Of a stretch of 64,000 nucleotides of DNA, positions 53,101 through 63,611 are shown piece by piece. Position 1 is the first letter of the stretch; every line of letters starts with the position of its first letter. A program made the position numbers and the translations under genes. Location of the stretch: assembly GCA_036172245.1 (NCBI GenBank), contig JAYWIR010000021.1, positions 2,728,001 to 2,792,000 on the forward strand, in the 5' to 3' direction. This DNA comes from Raillietiella orientalis. Lineage: Eukaryota. Below the pieces are notes generated by a model. The model made no database searches and had not been told where the DNA came from. It worked only from the letters and a program-made list of their open reading frames with translations.

Positions 53101-56100
53101 TCCTGTTCCCGCTTTCGAACGCAGCTTGCAGACGGGAGAGAAAAACACGCAAAAAAACATGCAGTTTTTTTTTTTTTTTTTCTTCTTCCTGACCTACAAT
53201 TGCTGCAGTTTCAAACGGACCAATCAGAAGCGTCAGCGAGTAAACGGAGCGGAGCGAAATGAACTCGAAAGTTCACAACGAAGATAATGCTATCTTTGCG
53301 CCGTATCACCTTACACCTTCGTCCTTACGTTTGCAAACATCGCTGCGTAGGTCGCGAGACCACTGGTGAGTGCGCACACAGCCTCACATACGGATGTGGA
53401 TCAGGATGCGCATACACGAGAGTCTCCCCAGGAACGGGTGGCAAACCATTCTGTCTCGTGGGAATCGCTTGTGTTCAGCCATCGAATTCTGGGCACGGAA
53501 TTTCCTATCGGGAAGATTTTTTTATTCTTTTCGTTTTCCTGGCGTGTCGGATCCGCTGGCGCACCACCCGCCGGACAAGCAGTTCGTAGGCGCCAATAGC
53601 AAGGCATGGACTTCGCTACCGCGGTCCGGCGCTCCGGACGAATTTCTTCCGGCCGCGCCCTAGAAAGCGCGCCGTTCTTCCCAGCATCTTTCTTCCGGCA
53701 CGGAGCTCGCTCCGCAAAGTCGATCCGTTGTTGAAGCAGGTTCCTTCCTTTTCCAGGATTCCCAGTATGTCGTCAGGAGCAACTTCTCTGGGCAGGGTCG
53801 CTGTCCCTACGATCCGGCGCACAACAGCACAGCGGTCTTCGCAGGTAAACAGCCGCGGACTTGTACATCCCCAATCCCTCGGGGGCCGCGCAACATCTCA
53901 CCCGATCTTCCTTTCGCAGATGGGCAGCTGTACGTCGCCACCGTCTCCGATTTCTCTGGTACGGACCCTCTCATATACAGAGATTTCCTGCGTACCGAGC
54001 AGGCCGATCTCAAGCAACTAAACGGTGAGTACCTTGTGGGTCTCTAGAAGAAGCGAGTATCCGGGATTGTACCAGCTCCGAGCTTCATCTCTTCCATGGA
54101 ATACAAAGAGTACGTGTTTTACTTTTTTCGGGAGACGGCTTTGGAGTACATCAACTGCGGGAAGGTGAGGATCGCCAGCCTGCTGCGCAGGGAGGGGCAC
54201 TGAATTCTCGACGTAGGCAATCCACTCGCGAGTGGCCAGGGTGTGCAAGAATGACAAAGGTGGTCCAGATAAGTTTTCCTCAAAGTGGACTTCGTTCTTG
54301 AAGGCCCGCCTGAACTGCTCCGTCCCCGGGGAGTTTCCTTTCTACTTCGACGAGATCCGTAAGTTGTCCGGGCCAGCCAGTGCCCAGTCGCCCTGACTGG
54401 GAGGTGAAATCTCGTAGAGGCCACGAGCTCCATTGTGCGGGGCGTCCACAACGGCGCCGAGATCGACCTGGTCTACGCCGTCTTCACCACGAACAGGAAC
54501 AGCATTGGTGGATCGGCCATTTGCGCATACCGCATGCGTGACATCCTCAACACCTTCGAAGGTCAATTCAAAGACCAGGAGACGATGAATTCCAACTGGC
54601 TGCCCATACCCTCGAAGAAAGTGCCCGAGCCGCGTCCTGGACAGTGCGTTGAGAATTCTCCCACCCTCACGGAAGCCGTGCTCAACTTCGTCCAGTCGCA
54701 TCCCCTCATGGATGAGGCTGTACCCAGCACCTCGGGCGCACCGCTCTATACAAAGGTCTCTATGAGGTGAGGCACTTCGTTCGTCTTTCCGGAAAATGCT
54801 CCAAGCATCTGATGTGCCTTCAGCTATCGCTTCACCGGTATCGCTGTTGATCCGAGGGTTAGAGCCGTCGACGAAAGCAAATACGACGTCATATTCGTCG
54901 GAACAGGTAAGAGCTTCGTAGAGTAGCTTTCCGGTAAAGCCGTCAGATGGCAAATTGTGCGAAGCCTCTCTTTTTGTCTATTCCCTTTACTTGCTGCAAA
55001 AATTTTCTATCCCGACCTCTCGATAGCTTCTTCCTGGGTCTTACTTCCCGAATACATCAGTCCTCAGTCGGTAGGTTGTTGCCATCTGCTCCTCCGATGG
55101 TGAGAGCAGGGGACATTATGGTAGTGTTGAGGAAAGGGAATGGGGTATAGACGCACACAATTGGATTCACGCTATGGAAGAAAGCAAATCTTGCATTTCG
55201 CGTGACCTTCATCCGTGGAATGCGTCTCGAAGGGATATCCTGGCCTCTTTGATCTTGAAGCAATACAGGGAAGTGAATCCCATAGATTCGGGAGACCAGG
55301 AAGCAGGATCCACCGTCTGCAGCGTCTTCCTGCCCGTCTCTTCGGCCGCACTCTGTCTTTTGCCACGTCCTCGAGCCTTTTTCAACTTTGCTAAGAAGAT
55401 ACAGCGCCACTGGAGGGCTTGCCGAACGCACAAGATCTGCATCGAATCTGTGAACAGGGATTGCCAGTCTAGCTGTGAAGTCCTGCGGAAGACAAGGGAT
55501 CAGACCATCTCCATTCCCGATTTCATCTGGTCATTTTCATCCGTGCTTCATGAACTGATGTCTGCCCTCAGAACAAGGAACCAGACCTGGAATTTCCAGG
55601 ATGGCCGATGAGATTATCTGGGAAAGGACCAAGCACTACGAAAACGTGGTGCCTATCCCAGAAGTGAAAGTGCTCTCCATCGCCCTGGGAACGAGAAAAA
55701 AGAACATGCCTCTCGAGATGCTTCCTCCCCCTCAAAAAATGAACAAATCAGCGACGCGACCATGGAGAGCGTGCTCAGCTTCTGTATCGATGAGAGGAAT
55801 AGGAAGAAGCAATCCTGCACGACTGTCTCACCGAGAACCCCCTGAGTTCAACCAAAGCAAGGGAGGGGACAGCATCTAGAAGTTCACTTCGGGGTGCCAG
55901 TTGGCACTTTGCCGTCTCGATGTGAGCGCGCCCCCAGCGTTCCGCGAAGTTTCTGGGGTCGGGAGACAACTTCTCGAACAAACAACCCTTTCTGCTCATG
56001 AATTGTCAGAATCGGAAGATCCCTAAGCAGTAGTCCAGTCGTAGCAAACCAACGGCGAGCAGGTGACGTCGTTTGGAGCCTCGCATTTTCGAGCCCTCGG

Positions 56101-59100
56101 AACGAGTGGTCCTCCGTGTACTCGGGGAGATCAAGCGAGGCTTTCCAACGGATTTGCCGAACTCCAAGTGCCGCCAGCGGTACCTTTTTGGCTCTCTAAG
56201 AGTCTCGAGGGTATCCCAAGCAGCATTCCTGCAGGCGCACTAAGGAGAGTTATACCGGAAGTGAGAAGTTCAAGCCAGAGGCAGTAGGAGATCGCACCGG
56301 TCCTTCAAAGCAGGAAGATTGGAGACCAGACCCCGTGGTCTTGATGAGAGTTCTGAATCAGCTGACTTGGGGCAGAAAGCAACCCTCGGGACGAGCCGAA
56401 GGGAACGCCCTAGCGTTGCAGGACCTGACTTGGCACATGCCATGGGAAATTTCTAAGGAGCCCTCCTCTCCGGGACGGGTTAGACGCTTCCGTCCTTCTA
56501 ACAGCTCTTTCCCGGATAGGGATGTTGGTAACTTGACCGCATTCCGTCTCCGAATTGCTCTTCTTGGATGACATTCGGCAAGCAAAAGAAGCTTTCCGCG
56601 GTGCCACTAGTGTTTCTTCTGTCCGACTGCCACAGTCTTCCTTTCTCCTTCTAGACACCGGCTTGCTGCTGAAAGTCGTCGACGTTGGCCTGAAGAGATC
56701 GCAGCTGGTGGTCGTCGAGCAGTTAAAGCTGTTCGGCAAAACCCACCAAACTGACAAGAACACGTCCAGGAAGAACACGTCCATCAGGAACATCCTCATA
56801 ACGGAGTCCTCGGAGGACAGCGAGGGCAAGCTGGTCATCGTCACCGATGAAGAAGTTTTGAGTCTGCAGCTTCAGAGGTGCAGCGAAAACGCCCGCACTT
56901 GCAGGTAGCTACTTCCGTCTCCTTCCTTTCCTCTCCTCGTTTGCTCTTATCCTTCTCCATTCTTCCCGAGGATCGCCTCCTCCGCTTTCATTCGTAAGCG
57001 GGTCGCGTAAGGACGCTCCTCTGCGTCGGAAAGAGATGACCCCCGGAAGCTGGCTGTTCCCAAGAGACGGAGGGGGAGGCCAGACCCTCTGCCTCCTGGA
57101 GCAGGAAGTCGTGGAGGGAGGAAACCACGCGAAAGTTCCCAACGTGAAGGAGACTTGAGGGATGCCAGCGGCGGCGCTAAGGGGGACATTCGTTTTCATT
57201 CTTTCGTCGGATGTGCTCCAGCTGGTGTCGATGGCCGATGCAGCAGCTCCTCCCCGCTCCCTCCCTCCCGTTCGCATAGACGCCTCTCGAGAGCGCTCTT
57301 TCCAAGCGGCCAATCTGGAAGCCCTCCCGTTTTTCCGATGCATATTTTTTCCCTGCAGACGCTCGTCCCATGAGTTCTCCTCGCAACCGAGGTATTTGCC
57401 TTGTCTTCCGTAGAAGATATCCAGTTTTGGTCTGGCTGTGGCTCCATGAGTCGAGTCTCGAGTTTACAGCTCCCTTGAAGCGAGTCGGATCCGGTCAGTG
57501 GACGCATTTCGAGAAGCGCGCTTAGCATTCTGGGGAGGAGACGAAGGCTGCAGCTACCGAATCCACCGAGAGCAGCAGCATCCGTCTCGCTTTTGCCTCC
57601 CTTCTGTAGGGTAAGCCACTTGGGACTGGTCCGTCTCGTGCCCCTCCACATGATGTCGCCGAGTCGGACTTGAGCTGGGTCGGTTTTAAGCTCCGTGTTT
57701 TGGCACTGCGATGCTGGGCGCCATGCTGATTGCGCACGTGACGTCATGCCACGAAGCCTGGTTCGGGGCGGCTCGGTTCGAAGTCCCTTGCTTTGTAATT
57801 CCCTAGCGCGGTGACCGCCGAGACGACGAACAGACGAAGGGGCTTTCCCTAGTAGTTCTCCTGGAGCTGTTGGTCTCCTTGGTTACCCCTAGCTCTTTAG
57901 GGAAACTCGACGATGCGCTGCACGGAATTCCTTGCTCTCTGCGTTCACCCGGAAAGCTACTCTTGTTCCTCTCTCCCTTCCTTCGGGATTCCTTTGTGAC
58001 GCCGTCCATCGAGGAGCCACCTGGCTGAGACCACAGAGGATTGGATTCGGCTTTCAGCGAGTCCATCGTCCAACGAGCGAAGCTGCGTCATGGGTGTTTT
58101 CGATGCTGTGCGGCCTTTCGAGCAGAGAAGTCTCTGTGTTTTATGCAGTGACCCAGCGACCTTGCCCTCCAGCCATATTTCGCGCGCGCGCTTGTGTGTT
58201 GCGTTCTGTTTTTTCTTTGTTTTTTTTTTGTTTTTTTTTTTTTCTGGGTTGCGCCGTTTCGTCTCACTTTCTCCCGATTCGCGCGATTAAGGACTGTGGG
58301 GATGCGAGTGCTGTTGGAGGACTGCTGCCACCTGCTGGGGAGCGCGGACAGCCCGTGTGCGCCGTGACGCCGATGGACTTCGACCGCGATCAGTTCCCGG
58401 GTTGCGACTTTTTCTCCCAGGATTTCTGCTTGCAGCTGTGGAGAGTCAACGCGCACGCGCGTGCGTGCGTGCGTGCGTGCGTGCTTGCTTGCCTTTTCAT
58501 TTCGGAAAGCTGCTGAAGGAATCGGACGCTCAGTTGTCTTCGTCACTTTTGGCTGCTGCTCCGTCGCTTCTTGTCTCGCTCTGTCGGGGAGCGATTTCTG
58601 CTCCCTCGTTCGGGGAGCTTTGGGGACCCCATCTGCCAGCATTTGCTCGGGTCGTCACGCTAGTCGAAGCTCCCCCGCACCCTCCCCCTCGTCCAGGTCC
58701 AGAAGGGAACTTTTCCTTCTCCCGTGGAGCGCAGGGCTCCAAAGCCGGCCAAAATGACGGCGGTGGAGGCAGGGCGATCTTGCGGACGTTCCCTTCTGCC
58801 CACCTCCGCCTCCTCCCGTGCAAAGTCATCGATTTCGCATCCTTCTTCCCGGGTTTCGTGTTTCCATCCAGACAAGTTTTTTTGATTCTGCGGTCGGCTC
58901 TCGGAGCCTCAGCTGAGCAGACGCCGATAGGTGGAGCGCCTTGGCGGTCGTCCTGTAAACAACAACAGGCAAAAAAAAGGAAAAAAGGAAAGAAAAAGTT
59001 TTTCGCTTTTTCCCCCTCTTCGGCCGCTTGCAGTTGCAGCGAGAGTCCGGTGCTGAGCACGCAGGAGATTTATCGCCGGAGCAGCACTCTGTGAATGCGA

Positions 59101-62100
59101 GCCGTTCCTCCATGGCCTCCCGGAAGGTCCGCTCGCGTGGAAAGGCTTCAGCACTTTACCGTGTTGCAATTATTGCAAACAAATCGCACGCCGTCTATTT
59201 ATCATGGGAAGTAGGTGCCGCTCCTCGGAAAATTTATGGCTGTTGGTGAAGTTATGCCCTTCTATTGTTTCTTTTCTTTTTTTTAAAAAAAAAAAAAAAA
59301 AAAAAAAGAGGTGAAAATGAAAATGCACGCACGTTCTCTTCTTTCCTTTTTAACCCCTGTTAAGACCTACCGGTGGGAGCAACGCAGTGGTGCATCGTCC
59401 GCGCGCGCTCTGCTGCAGCATGATGTTTTTTTCCCCCTTTTTTTTTTTTTTTTTTTTTTTTTTCCCTGGCAGCCCGTGTACTGGCGCGCACATGCTGCAG
59501 TACAACATGTCGTTGGTATTGGCCGTGTTGTACTGCGGCGTCCCTATCGCGCTATCGTGTGTGCAGCTGGTGTTGTGCGTTCGTCGCCTGCCTGCAGGTC
59601 ACGTTCCACAAATCCCCGCAGCACATAAACGTATAGTGTTGGGGCGTGTCTGTTGTGCACATGGCTGCCGTGGCTCCGTGGTGTTTGATTTTTCACCTCC
59701 CGTGAGGCTTCGTGAGAAGCATCCTTGAGTGAGCAAGGGATGAATGAGGTAGAGAGCTGAGGACATCAGCGCGTCGATGTCGTCGTCGCCCGGAGGGATC
59801 GCCCCGGCGTCCTGGTTGCCCTGTGGCGTCTTCACGAAGGCGTCCAGCGTTCCGGGCGCGAACGCCGGATGCTTACTTGAGACGGCGGTTCTTCCAAAAG
59901 CGCAGCGTGAGATGAAAGAAGAGACCTCGGCGTGCGCTTGGAAGGCGCACGGTTTCCAGCAGAAAGCCAGCGGCGCTGTTTCGCTGGGCTGCCGACACCT
60001 GATCGGCTCATCATCGGTGGTTCATCGTCTCCGATGGTCGAATTTTCATTCCATCCCAAACAAAAAAAGGGACAGCCGTGCATTGACACGGCTGTCCTTC
60101 CAAGGAAACGAATTACCGGGAGCACAACGCTGTCGTGTGGGTACCACACCCTCGGCCGCGAACCTAAGAATGACCTATGCGTTTACCATGATATGAGCCG
60201 AGAGTGCATTGCTATTAGCATCGAAGCACATGTTGCATGCACCCTCTCATTTCCTTTTTCTTTTTACAAGTTCCTGCGTGCAGCTGCAAGACCCGTATTG
60301 TGCATGGGATGGCAAAAACTGCATAGCTGTCCCCTTTAAAAGAAGCAAGAACGTGGAGCTCATTCAGAATGTTGCTGAAGGCGTCTCAGACAAATGCACC
60401 GGCCGTAAGTACCTCTGTCTTGTATTTGAGGCTCTCAATTATTCGCTGAGCGCCACGCGGAAGTAGCGGTCGTATCGGAAGCTTTCGTTACCGAAGAATA
60501 GGGTGTTCAGAGCAGAACAGGGTCCGAGGTTTGAAAGGAAAGAGTAGGGGAAAGTTGCAGACCTCCCCGGAGTGCCACCGACTACAACGTCTTCGCGTCA
60601 TCTCCAGATGTTTTACTTCTGGTTTTTCCTCTTCTTTTCTTTCCTGTTGTCCCGCTGCTGAGATTTTCGTGAGAAGCAGGGCAGTACCTTCCTCATCCGG
60701 CACCTGAATCGAGCTTCGTTTCTCTCTCCCCCCCCCCCCCTCTCTCTCTCATATTTTCTTGTTTGCTCGCATCTTGTTTTCGGCTTCCTTCGTGATGTTC
60801 TGCTTTGTTTCCTTGCGAGGACTTCGAGTGGTCTTCTCCCATCGGTTATCCACCGGGAGGGCGCTCGAGCCTCACCGGAGAACCTCCAGAGTAGTTGTTT
60901 TTTTTTTTTTTTTCGTGACAGGTCCGCCGCGCACCCCCCTCTTCCTCTCAAACTTCCACTCTTTTTTTTTTTTTTTGCAGGGGGAGGGGCACGAAGAATC
61001 ATCCACACGAAGGTAGCGAGATGTCCTCGCACGGGCAGAGAGACTTCGAGGGCTGCTTCAGTTTTTGCGCGCAAATTTATGAAGCCGATCCGGTTATTTA
61101 ATTTAGATTTTCCCAAATTGGATTCCATGCAGTCTGTTTTAATTCCTATCAATTTGTGAGGCGTGCGCCGAATTTCGCGTCATTAAGCCCATGCCGACGC
61201 TTAATTTATCATCACGTTTTATCTCCTGACGAAGCGTACCAGGCTGAGGAGGATTTATCGTGTGGCCGTGTGTTTATCGTTTCCTGGTCGCCGTTGCGAA
61301 TGCTCGCCGAATTCGAAAAATGCGTGCGGAAGCGGCCGTGGTCTTTCGGAAACAGCCCCTGGGGTTGCTCCTCTTCGCCACTGTGTCGTCCGTGATCCTT
61401 TTTCCTCTCCCCCTCGCCTGCTGCCGAAGACCCTTCCCGGATAAAATGGGGGGGGGGGGACCCGTCAGGCAGACTCTTGATTCCCGATCCTTGCATTGGG
61501 TAATGAAAATTTCACCCTAATCATTAGAAGGACTCCTCCCGTACGCGGCAAGCGCCCGAGAAATATATTAATGATATTTGTTGCTTTATCCGTCTGAGCT
61601 CCCCCTGCATGCAGATTATAATATAATGACGGGAGTTACTTTTTATGCGCGTAATGATTTGCATAATGCATGCGTGCTCGCCGCGTGACGGACTGCTCGA
61701 CACTGTTTTTACCCGCAAATTTCCTGCAGACATTAATCGAACGTGCGGAGTCGCCATTTTTCGAGGAGCCGACTCCGGAGCGGCATCAGCTGCGAATAGC
61801 ATCCTCCCGCCCCAAGGTGCCTCGTTAAGAGTAAATAAATCCGGAAGAGCGCGCGCAAAGGCAGCCTCCGTCCTCCTCACGAGGCGTTCCTTCCGCGTGT
61901 GCGGAAATCTCCCTCCGAACGTCCTCCCCGGTCAGCATCCGCGGCGTGCTGAACAAAAGCGCTTTCGCGGAAGAAAGAATTCTCTGCCGCGAGCCGCGTT
62001 CGTGGGACGGATGGAATTTTTCGTCGGCGTCGTTGATGATGATGATGACGACGATGATGATGATTTCTCCCTAGCGTGTGCGTTCGCGGGACCCCGGAAA

Positions 62101-63078
62101 TCATGTATTAGAAACTTGATAAGAACTTGCGGGAGCCGTGAGCACCGGCGCTGCCCCGCCGATAGCGTATCGCACAGCGTTCCAGGAAAGTTGGCAGCTC
62201 CCGGACCTTCCAGAAGTCGAAAAGCGGCCCGCGTGGCCCCCGCATCGCTCCCGTTGCCTTCGAGAGTTTCCACTTCCGCGTGCGCGCTCCTGGATCCCCC
62301 CTCTGCATACAGATGACCACTTCCACATTCGATAAGCACCCCGGCAACACCTTGAATACGCAAAGGCGCGTTCTTGGATCTCTTGCGGGCGCTGCATCCA
62401 GACGAACGCAGGCGGCGGGCCGTTCCCAATCGATTCCTCATTTGTTTGTTTGCCCTTCGCTTGTTCGAGCTGCAAATGTTTGATTCCGGGAGCTTCAAAA
62501 ATAGATTTTTTCCTCCAGCGGGCGAGCAGTTCCTCGTCTACGTAGATAAAGAGCCATCGGGGGATTCGAAATTCAGCGAGAGGAGCAATCTCCACACGAG
62601 CTTTTACTCTTACAAGAACTTCAAGTCCGAAGGTATGTAAGCGGCTTCCGTGGTTCGTGGGACCTCGAATTAGAATCCCTCCCCCCAGCTACCCGAGCCG
62701 TCGTCAGTTCTTCCGAAAACCAGTACCCTTATTACATATTCATCATTGTGGTGAGTTTGTCCATTGTGATCGGCTTCCTCGTGGGATTCGTATTCGGCTA
62801 CATGTACGCCAGGAAGAGGCGTCTTGGCGACGCCAAATACTCAGACAAGTAAGGATGTTTTTTCCCCATGTAGGTGTCGCGTAGAACGGCGCCTCCGTTC
62901 CAGGTTTTCCGAATACAGCTCGATACAGAGGAAAACAGACATACGTAAGTGCAAGGATCACTCTATACCCAACAACCTGACGAATAACCTCATGAATTGT
63001 AAAACGGACAATCTGAAAGCGGTGGTTGGCGCTTTCGATTCCTCCACCCCCAAAAAAACGAAAAAGACTTACATCTAA
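39632..63078 (+). CDS. Sema1: Class-1 transmembrane semaphorin (Sema-1a/fasciclin IV-like; 1a vs 1b unresolved), 16 coding exons, 710 aa
   Basis: join(39632-39761,46251-46347,49647-49692,50378-50440,50505-50612,53757-53844,53920-54024,54076-54164,54217-54358,54418-54766,54824-54906,56655-56904,60271-60404,62519-62632,62689-62848,62904-63078) = 2133 nt, one open frame, all introns GT..AG. Sema motifs: [70 protein letters not shown] motif [12 protein letters not shown]. One TM helix; no Ig or TSP domain. Confidence 0.95.
45603..45656. repeat. Compound (CTG)n(CGG)n trinucleotide repeat
   Basis: ctgcagctgctgctgctgctgcggcggcggcggcggctgcggctgctgc, in intron 1. Confidence 0.9.
46064..46090. repeat. 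(TTG)n microsatellite
   Basis: Read directly from the sequence. Confidence 0.95.
46251..46347 (+). CDS. Sema1: Semaphorin exon 2
   Basis: ttttgtttag| (V)[32 protein letters not shown] |gtgagt. Confidence 0.95.
46949..47530 (-). mobile_element. 5'-truncated, degenerate non-LTR retrotransposon (L1/Tx1-like ORF2 C-terminal zinc-binding, zf-RVT-like region)
   Basis: Minus-strand translation with one frameshift: ...[18 protein letters not shown]... then [35 protein letters not shown]...HRRF*. This fits SPxCxxCGxxET(xH)xxxxCxxxxxxW, with the His lost. Confidence 0.65.
48425..48458. repeat. (TGC)n microsatellite
   Basis: Read directly from the sequence. Confidence 0.95.
49647..49692 (+). CDS. Sema1: Semaphorin exon 3 (46 nt)
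   Basis: tttttcag| [15 protein letters not shown] |gtgagt; completes the GARN-x-VYN motif. Confidence 0.93.
50378..50440 (+). CDS. Sema1: Semaphorin exon 4
   Basis: tttccag| [21 protein letters not shown] |gtgagg. Confidence 0.93.
50505..50612 (+). CDS. Sema1: Semaphorin exon 5
   Basis: ctgcag| [36 protein letters not shown] |gtgagt. Confidence 0.96.
53757..53844 (+). CDS. Sema1: Semaphorin exon 6
   Basis: ttttccag| [29 protein letters not shown] |gtaaac. Confidence 0.95.
53920..54024 (+). CDS. Sema1: Semaphorin exon 7
   Basis: tttcgcag| [35 protein letters not shown] |gtgagt. Confidence 0.96.
54076..54164 (+). CDS. Sema1: Semaphorin exon 8
   Basis: gtaccag| [30 protein letters not shown] |gtgagg. 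Confidence 0.95.
54217..54358 (+). CDS. Sema1: Semaphorin exon 9
   Basis: gacgtag| [47 protein letters not shown] |gtaagt. Confidence 0.97.
54418..54766 (+). CDS. Sema1: Semaphorin exon 10
   Basis: ctcgtag| [38 protein letters not shown]...NSNWLP...VPEPRPGQC...HPLMDEAVP...KVSM |gtgagg (ORF 54435..54770). Confidence 0.97.
54824..54906 (+). CDS. Sema1: Semaphorin exon 11
   Basis: gccttcag| [28 protein letters not shown] |gtaaga. Confidence 0.95.
56655..56904 (+). CDS. Sema1: Semaphorin exon 12 (end of Sema domain, start of PSI)
   Basis: ccttctag| [12 protein letters not shown]...VVEQLKLF...[25 protein letters not shown] |gtagct (within ORF 56555..56908). Confidence 0.93.
58459..58484. repeat. 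(GCGT)n tetranucleotide repeat; a similar tract lies at ~37725-37748
   Basis: Read directly from the sequence. Confidence 0.9.
59481..59566 (+). ncRNA. Intronic RNA hairpin (candidate pre-miRNA or structural element)
   Basis: atgctgcagtacaacatg (59492-59509) pairs with cgtgttgtactgcggcgt (59524-59541): 18 contiguous pairs including 3 G-U; outer stem gcgcgcac/gtgtgtgc. Confidence 0.4.
60271..60404 (+). CDS. Sema1: Semaphorin exon 13 (PSI domain)
   Basis: tttttacaag| [45 protein letters not shown] |gtaagt. Confidence 0.93.
62519..62632 (+). CDS. Sema1: Semaphorin exon 14 (juxtamembrane stalk)
   Basis: ttttcctccag| [38 protein letters not shown] |gtatgt. Symmetric phase 1-1 exon with strong splice sites but no conserved motif. 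Confidence 0.75.
62689..62848 (+). CDS. Sema1: Semaphorin exon 15 (transmembrane helix)
   Basis: ccccccag| [53 protein letters not shown] |gtaagg; hydrophobic run, GF-x-x-GY motif, basic stop-transfer residues. Confidence 0.92.
62904..63078 (+). CDS. Sema1: Semaphorin exon 16 (cytoplasmic tail, stop)
   Basis: gttccag| [57 protein letters not shown] ; KKTYI matches my recollection of insect Sema-1 C-termini. Confidence 0.88.
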
Positions 63079-63602
63079 CGGCAGAGACCCGCTCTCGAGG
63101 TCAACTCGGAAAACGCTTGGTGATCCTTCTAGTCCACTCACGCGTTTTGAAACACACGTGGAAGCCCACCTGGCGCTGGGAAAGATTCTGTTCTGCAGCC
63201 AGTGGCGGGCGAGCCGGTCCCGTTAGGCGTGCAAGACTTTCCAGAACCAGGTAGAGGAACTTCTGTCCCAATCCAAGTCTTTTTTTACGATTGGCCTTGC
63301 CACATAGAAGGGGCAGCGCCCGGGACCCGAACCCTCCTCCTCCTATGCTAAAGTTTGGAACTTAACGGTGTGTCGTTGACCATAGGATCAAGTGTAAAGA
63401 AACTGATTCCCACTGGCTCTTCCGTGATCGCTTTGCTAAGATGCAGATCCCCAGTTCTTGACAACGAACGTGGGCGCGCCGGACGTACCTTTCAGCCGAG
63501 GTGCATCTTCTGTTAGATAACGAAGCACAGTGTTCGTGTTTCGGCCCAGCCCCAGAAAATAGTTTTTTGTATTCTAAGAATTTATTTATCCAAATATTTT
63601 CA

Positions 63603-63611
63603 TGTAATAAA
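63603..63611 (+). terminator. Polyadenylation signal of the semaphorin gene
   Basis: TGTA overlapping AATAAA (63606-63611), about 530 nt after the stop; AU-rich element upstream (atttattta near 63579) and U-rich tract downstream (~63660-63685). Confidence 0.7.

Noticed and set aside
60981..62420. Extra stalk exons (32-nt 60981-61012, and 62313 onward [17 protein letters not shown])
   Set aside because: Acceptors look plausible, but there is no good phase-compatible donor to rejoin exon 14; needs RNA-seq
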